Source: a virus
Lineage: Duplodnaviria > Caudoviricetes
Reading direction: 5' to 3' (one strand)
DNA: 39,198 nt
IMG/VR virus record: IMGVR_UViG_3300022936_000007
Coordinates: 1-39,198 of that record
Of this stretch, positions 36,687-39,198 are shown one piece after another (position 1 is the first letter of the stretch; each line of letters starts with the position of its first letter). Below the pieces are notes generated by a model. It was not told the DNA's origin and ran no database searches. It saw only the letters and a list, made by a program, of their open reading frames with translations. The position numbers were made by a program, and so were the translations under genes.

Positions 36687-36899
36687 ATGCCATTCTTCAC
36701 ATTCGGCACAGGCTGGGTAGGACGCGCATTCTCAGCCCTTCTAGAGGTAATCATCATCGCAATCGTCCTCGTGATCATTGCGTGGGCTCTCGGTATGCTC
36801 GGATTCGCACTACCAGCAATCATCGGAACGCTCGTTAAGGTAGCCCTCGTACTCTACTTCTTCGCGCGCGTATTCGGATTCGTAGGCCCAGCAGTCTAA
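36687..36899 (+). CDS. Small two-TM membrane protein
   Basis: Highly hydrophobic 70 aa. Confidence 0.6.
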   Translation: MPFFTFGTGWVGRAFSALLEVIIIAIVLVIIAWALGMLGFALPAIIGTLVKVALVLYFFARVFGFVGPAV

Positions 36900-37126
36900 T
36901 ATGCAGAACACAGAAGCCCTCGCAAAGAATGCCCTCGTATTCCTTGCCCGCACAGACATGAAAGGAAGCGAAGCAGGGCCCTTCCAGGAAGTAGTAACTT
37001 GGCTGAACAGCTTCCTTGTTGAAGTAGACCCAATTTCGCAGGAGAAAAAGCCGGAAGAGACAGAAGACTAGAAACAAAGAGATATACCCGCTTCACAGGC
37101 GGGTTTTCTCGTGGGATAATTGACAC

Positions 37127-37372
37127 ATGGAAATAACCTACGAACAGGCAATAAGGTTAAAGGACGCAGGCTTCCCCCAGCCCGGCGACAGAGAAGAGCA
37201 CTCAATAGACCCAAGGTTCCAGAACGGCGTATACATTCCTACCACAGAAGAACTTATACAGTCTGTAAACACTCTCCCTGTAGTCTCCTTAGATCGATGG
37301 GTTTTCGATAAAGATTTTGATCTAGATAAAGTTGTAGAACTCTACATCGCCCAGAAACACAACAAAAACTAG
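37127..37372 (+). CDS. Hypothetical protein
   Basis: YEQAIRLKDAGFPQ...IPTTEELI motif recurrent in phage small proteins. Confidence 0.6.
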   Translation: MEITYEQAIRLKDAGFPQPGDREEHSIDPRFQNGVYIPTTEELIQSVNTLPVVSLDRWVFDKDFDLDKVVELYIAQKHNKN

Positions 37373-37374
37373 CT

Positions 37375-37758
37375 ATGGCACAGGGTAAACAGTGGGACCG
37401 AGACGAAGTAATAACCATACTAGAACCTTTCTATAAGATGGGTTGTAATACTGCAAAAGCGTGTGCTTATGCGGGAATTCCTCGAACAACTGTTCAGACC
37501 TGGATAGAGAACGACGACGAGCTTCGTCTCAAAGTCACTGCCTGGCAGAACGAGCCAAATAGACTCGCTCGCGCAGCCTGGATAGCTAAGATGGCAAGTG
37601 CTGATGGCTATGATGCCGGAAAAGAATGGATGAAGCGCAAGGAAAAGGACGAGTTCTCAGACCGCGTAGAACATACAGGCGCAGACGGCACAGCCCTAGT
37701 GATTAGTTTCGACCCAACATTCAATGCTACTCCACGAGAAACAGAAGGAAATAGTTAG
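37375..37758 (+). CDS. terS: Terminase small subunit
   Basis: HTH (ACAYAGIPRTTVQTW), C-terminal VEHTGADG; directly upstream of TerL. Confidence 0.75.
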   Translation: MAQGKQWDRDEVITILEPFYKMGCNTAKACAYAGIPRTTVQTWIENDDELRLKVTAWQNEPNRLARAAWIAKMASADGYDAGKEWMKRKEKDEFSDRVEHTGADGTALVISFDPTFNATPRETEGNS

Positions 37759-39103
37759 GTCTAAGGCCAGGTTCAAGATCGTCCGTGCTGGAAGGCGCGG
37801 CGGAAAGACCAAGCTAGAGGTAGAGGATATGAGCTTTACTGCTGTATCAAAGGCAGATAGTCCAGTATTTTACATAGCGCCTACTCAGATCCAAGCCAGG
37901 GCTATCATCTGGGAAGAGCTTAAATCAAAACTCGCAGGCGTGGGAGAAGCGAACGAATCCCGCCTAGAGATGACCGTACCTACCGTAGACGGGGGTAAAT
38001 CAGTCATTACTGTTGCTGGATGGGAGAACAGGGAGAACTTTCGCGGGAGAAAAGCAAAGAAAATCTACTTCGACGAGGTAGATACGATGAAGGACTTCTT
38101 CATAGGCTTCCAAGAGATATTCCGCCCGGCGCTAACAGATATGAAGGGAGAGGCCATGTTCTCAGGCACCCCTAAGAAAGAAAACCCTAATCTACGCAGA
38201 CTAGAGAAGATCGCGGAAACAGACCCAGACTACGCAGCATTCCAGTTCACCACGTGGGACAATCCCCATATTGACCGTTCAGAGCTCCACAAAGCGCAGG
38301 CAGAGCTCGACCAGGACACCTACCGCCAGGAATACCTCGCAGAATACGTAGATAATGCCGGAGCACTCTTTAAATACGACAGCCTCGTAGACGTATTTAC
38401 CAATACCGTAGACAAGGAAGACCGTAAGTTCCTCATAGTAGACATCGCAGATGACGGCTCGGATAAGACCATATTCTCCTTCTGGGAGGGGCTAGAGGAG
38501 TATCGTAGGGAGGATTTCGCGCGGCTAAACACAGAATCCATCATCAACAAGATACGAGAATACGCAGCAGACCAGCGCATTCCCTACTCAAATATAGCTG
38601 TGGATGCTATCGGTGTGGGTGCAGGAGTAGCAAGTTCCTCACTATTGGACGGAATCATAGGCTACAAGTCCTCTTTCGCGCCGATAAAGACAGACCTCGA
38701 CATCGTACGCCTCCCTAATGTGGGATACATACCGAATGCGGCCAGCCTCACCTCTGACTACAGGAACCTCCGGTCCCAGTGTCTCTTCACGCTCGCTGAT
38801 CTCGTAAACAACCACAAGATAGCCTCACGAGTAACCGGGCGACACAAGGAAGCCATAATCGAGGAACTCTCTACATACCAGGACGCTTCTAAGGGAGACG
38901 GCAAGCGAATGGCTACCCCGAAGGAGGATGTAGCGGCTCTGATTGGACATTCGCCTGATCACTCAGATACCTGGCTGATGCGCATGTATTTCGTGATAAG
39001 GGCAAAGATGTCCCCCGCACAGTCAGAGGAACGCGCTCTCGTGGCATCTACCCTAAAGAATCAGTTTGCGCGCAATAGGGCTAACATGGGCACCAACCGA
39101 TAA
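37724..39103 (+). CDS. terL: Terminase large subunit
   Basis: LHEKQ, RAGRRGGKT (Walker A), YIAPT, FDEVD (Walker B), SGTP, YRQEYLAEY, VDIA, VDAIGVG, SPDHSD. Confidence 0.95.
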   Translation: MLLHEKQKEIVRSKARFKIVRAGRRGGKTKLEVEDMSFTAVSKADSPVFYIAPTQIQARAIIWEELKSKLAGVGEANESRLEMTVPTVDGGKSVITVAGWENRENFRGRKAKKIYFDEVDTMKDFFIGFQEIFRPALTDMKGEAMFSGTPKKENPNLRRLEKIAETDPDYAAFQFTTWDNPHIDRSELHKAQAELDQDTYRQEYLAEYVDNAGALFKYDSLVDVFTNTVDKEDRKFLIVDIADDGSDKTIFSFWEGLEEYRREDFARLNTESIINKIREYAADQRIPYSNIAVDAIGVGAGVASSSLLDGIIGYKSSFAPIKTDLDIVRLPNVGYIPNAASLTSDYRNLRSQCLFTLADLVNNHKIASRVTGRHKEAIIEELSTYQDASKGDGKRMATPKEDVAALIGHSPDHSDTWLMRMYFVIRAKMSPAQSEERALVASTLKNQFARNRANMGTNR

Positions 39104-39198
39104 TGCAGGAGTACGAGTACCTAAACGCTACGGTATGGGCCACTCTTGGCCGTTCAGACATTCATGGAATAGGGGTATTTGCTATACGAGACATACCG

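Noticed and set aside
39072-39198. 127-bp terminal repeat as a biological DTR
   Set aside because: Its length equals a common assembly k-mer and it falls inside coding sequence (TerL/SET), so it is better explained as circular overlap
1-39198. Stop-codon reassignment
   Set aside because: Core genes are full length in code 11 and all three stop codons end genes

Overview
The window looks like a complete, circularly permuted ~39.07 kb tailed dsDNA phage genome in the standard genetic code. Bases 1-127 are repeated exactly at 39072-39198, which is most likely an assembly overlap. Gene order: terminase small/large (37.4-39.1 kb), a SET-domain gene coupled to TerL, then portal, scaffold, major capsid, head-tail, nozzle-like and ejection-like proteins and a 1521-aa tail fibre. 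No tape-measure gene is evident, so the virion is probably podovirus-like. Next come envelope and lysis genes (Excalibur protein, holin-like proteins, M23 peptidase, lysozyme-like protein) and a ~0.8 kb non-coding island. A leftward early arm follows (Dam-like methylase, RHH protein, SSB-like, ERF), then a divergent control region and a rightward arm (RHH, RecA-like, initiator, DnaB-like, MT-A70, NinG-like, several HNH and PD-(D/E)XK nucleases). No integrase or CI-type repressor is recognisable. Shine-Dalgarno sites are scarce, which hints at a Patescibacteria/CPR or other SD-poor host (inference only). The most unusual region is the island at 22.1-22.85 kb. It holds a tRNA-like RNA with no canonical anticodon arm, a long-stemmed RNA with a 7-bp kissing loop, a four-way-junction RNA, and a segment resembling the complement of the 16S rRNA 3' end. 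All folds and family calls were made by eye, with no database search.
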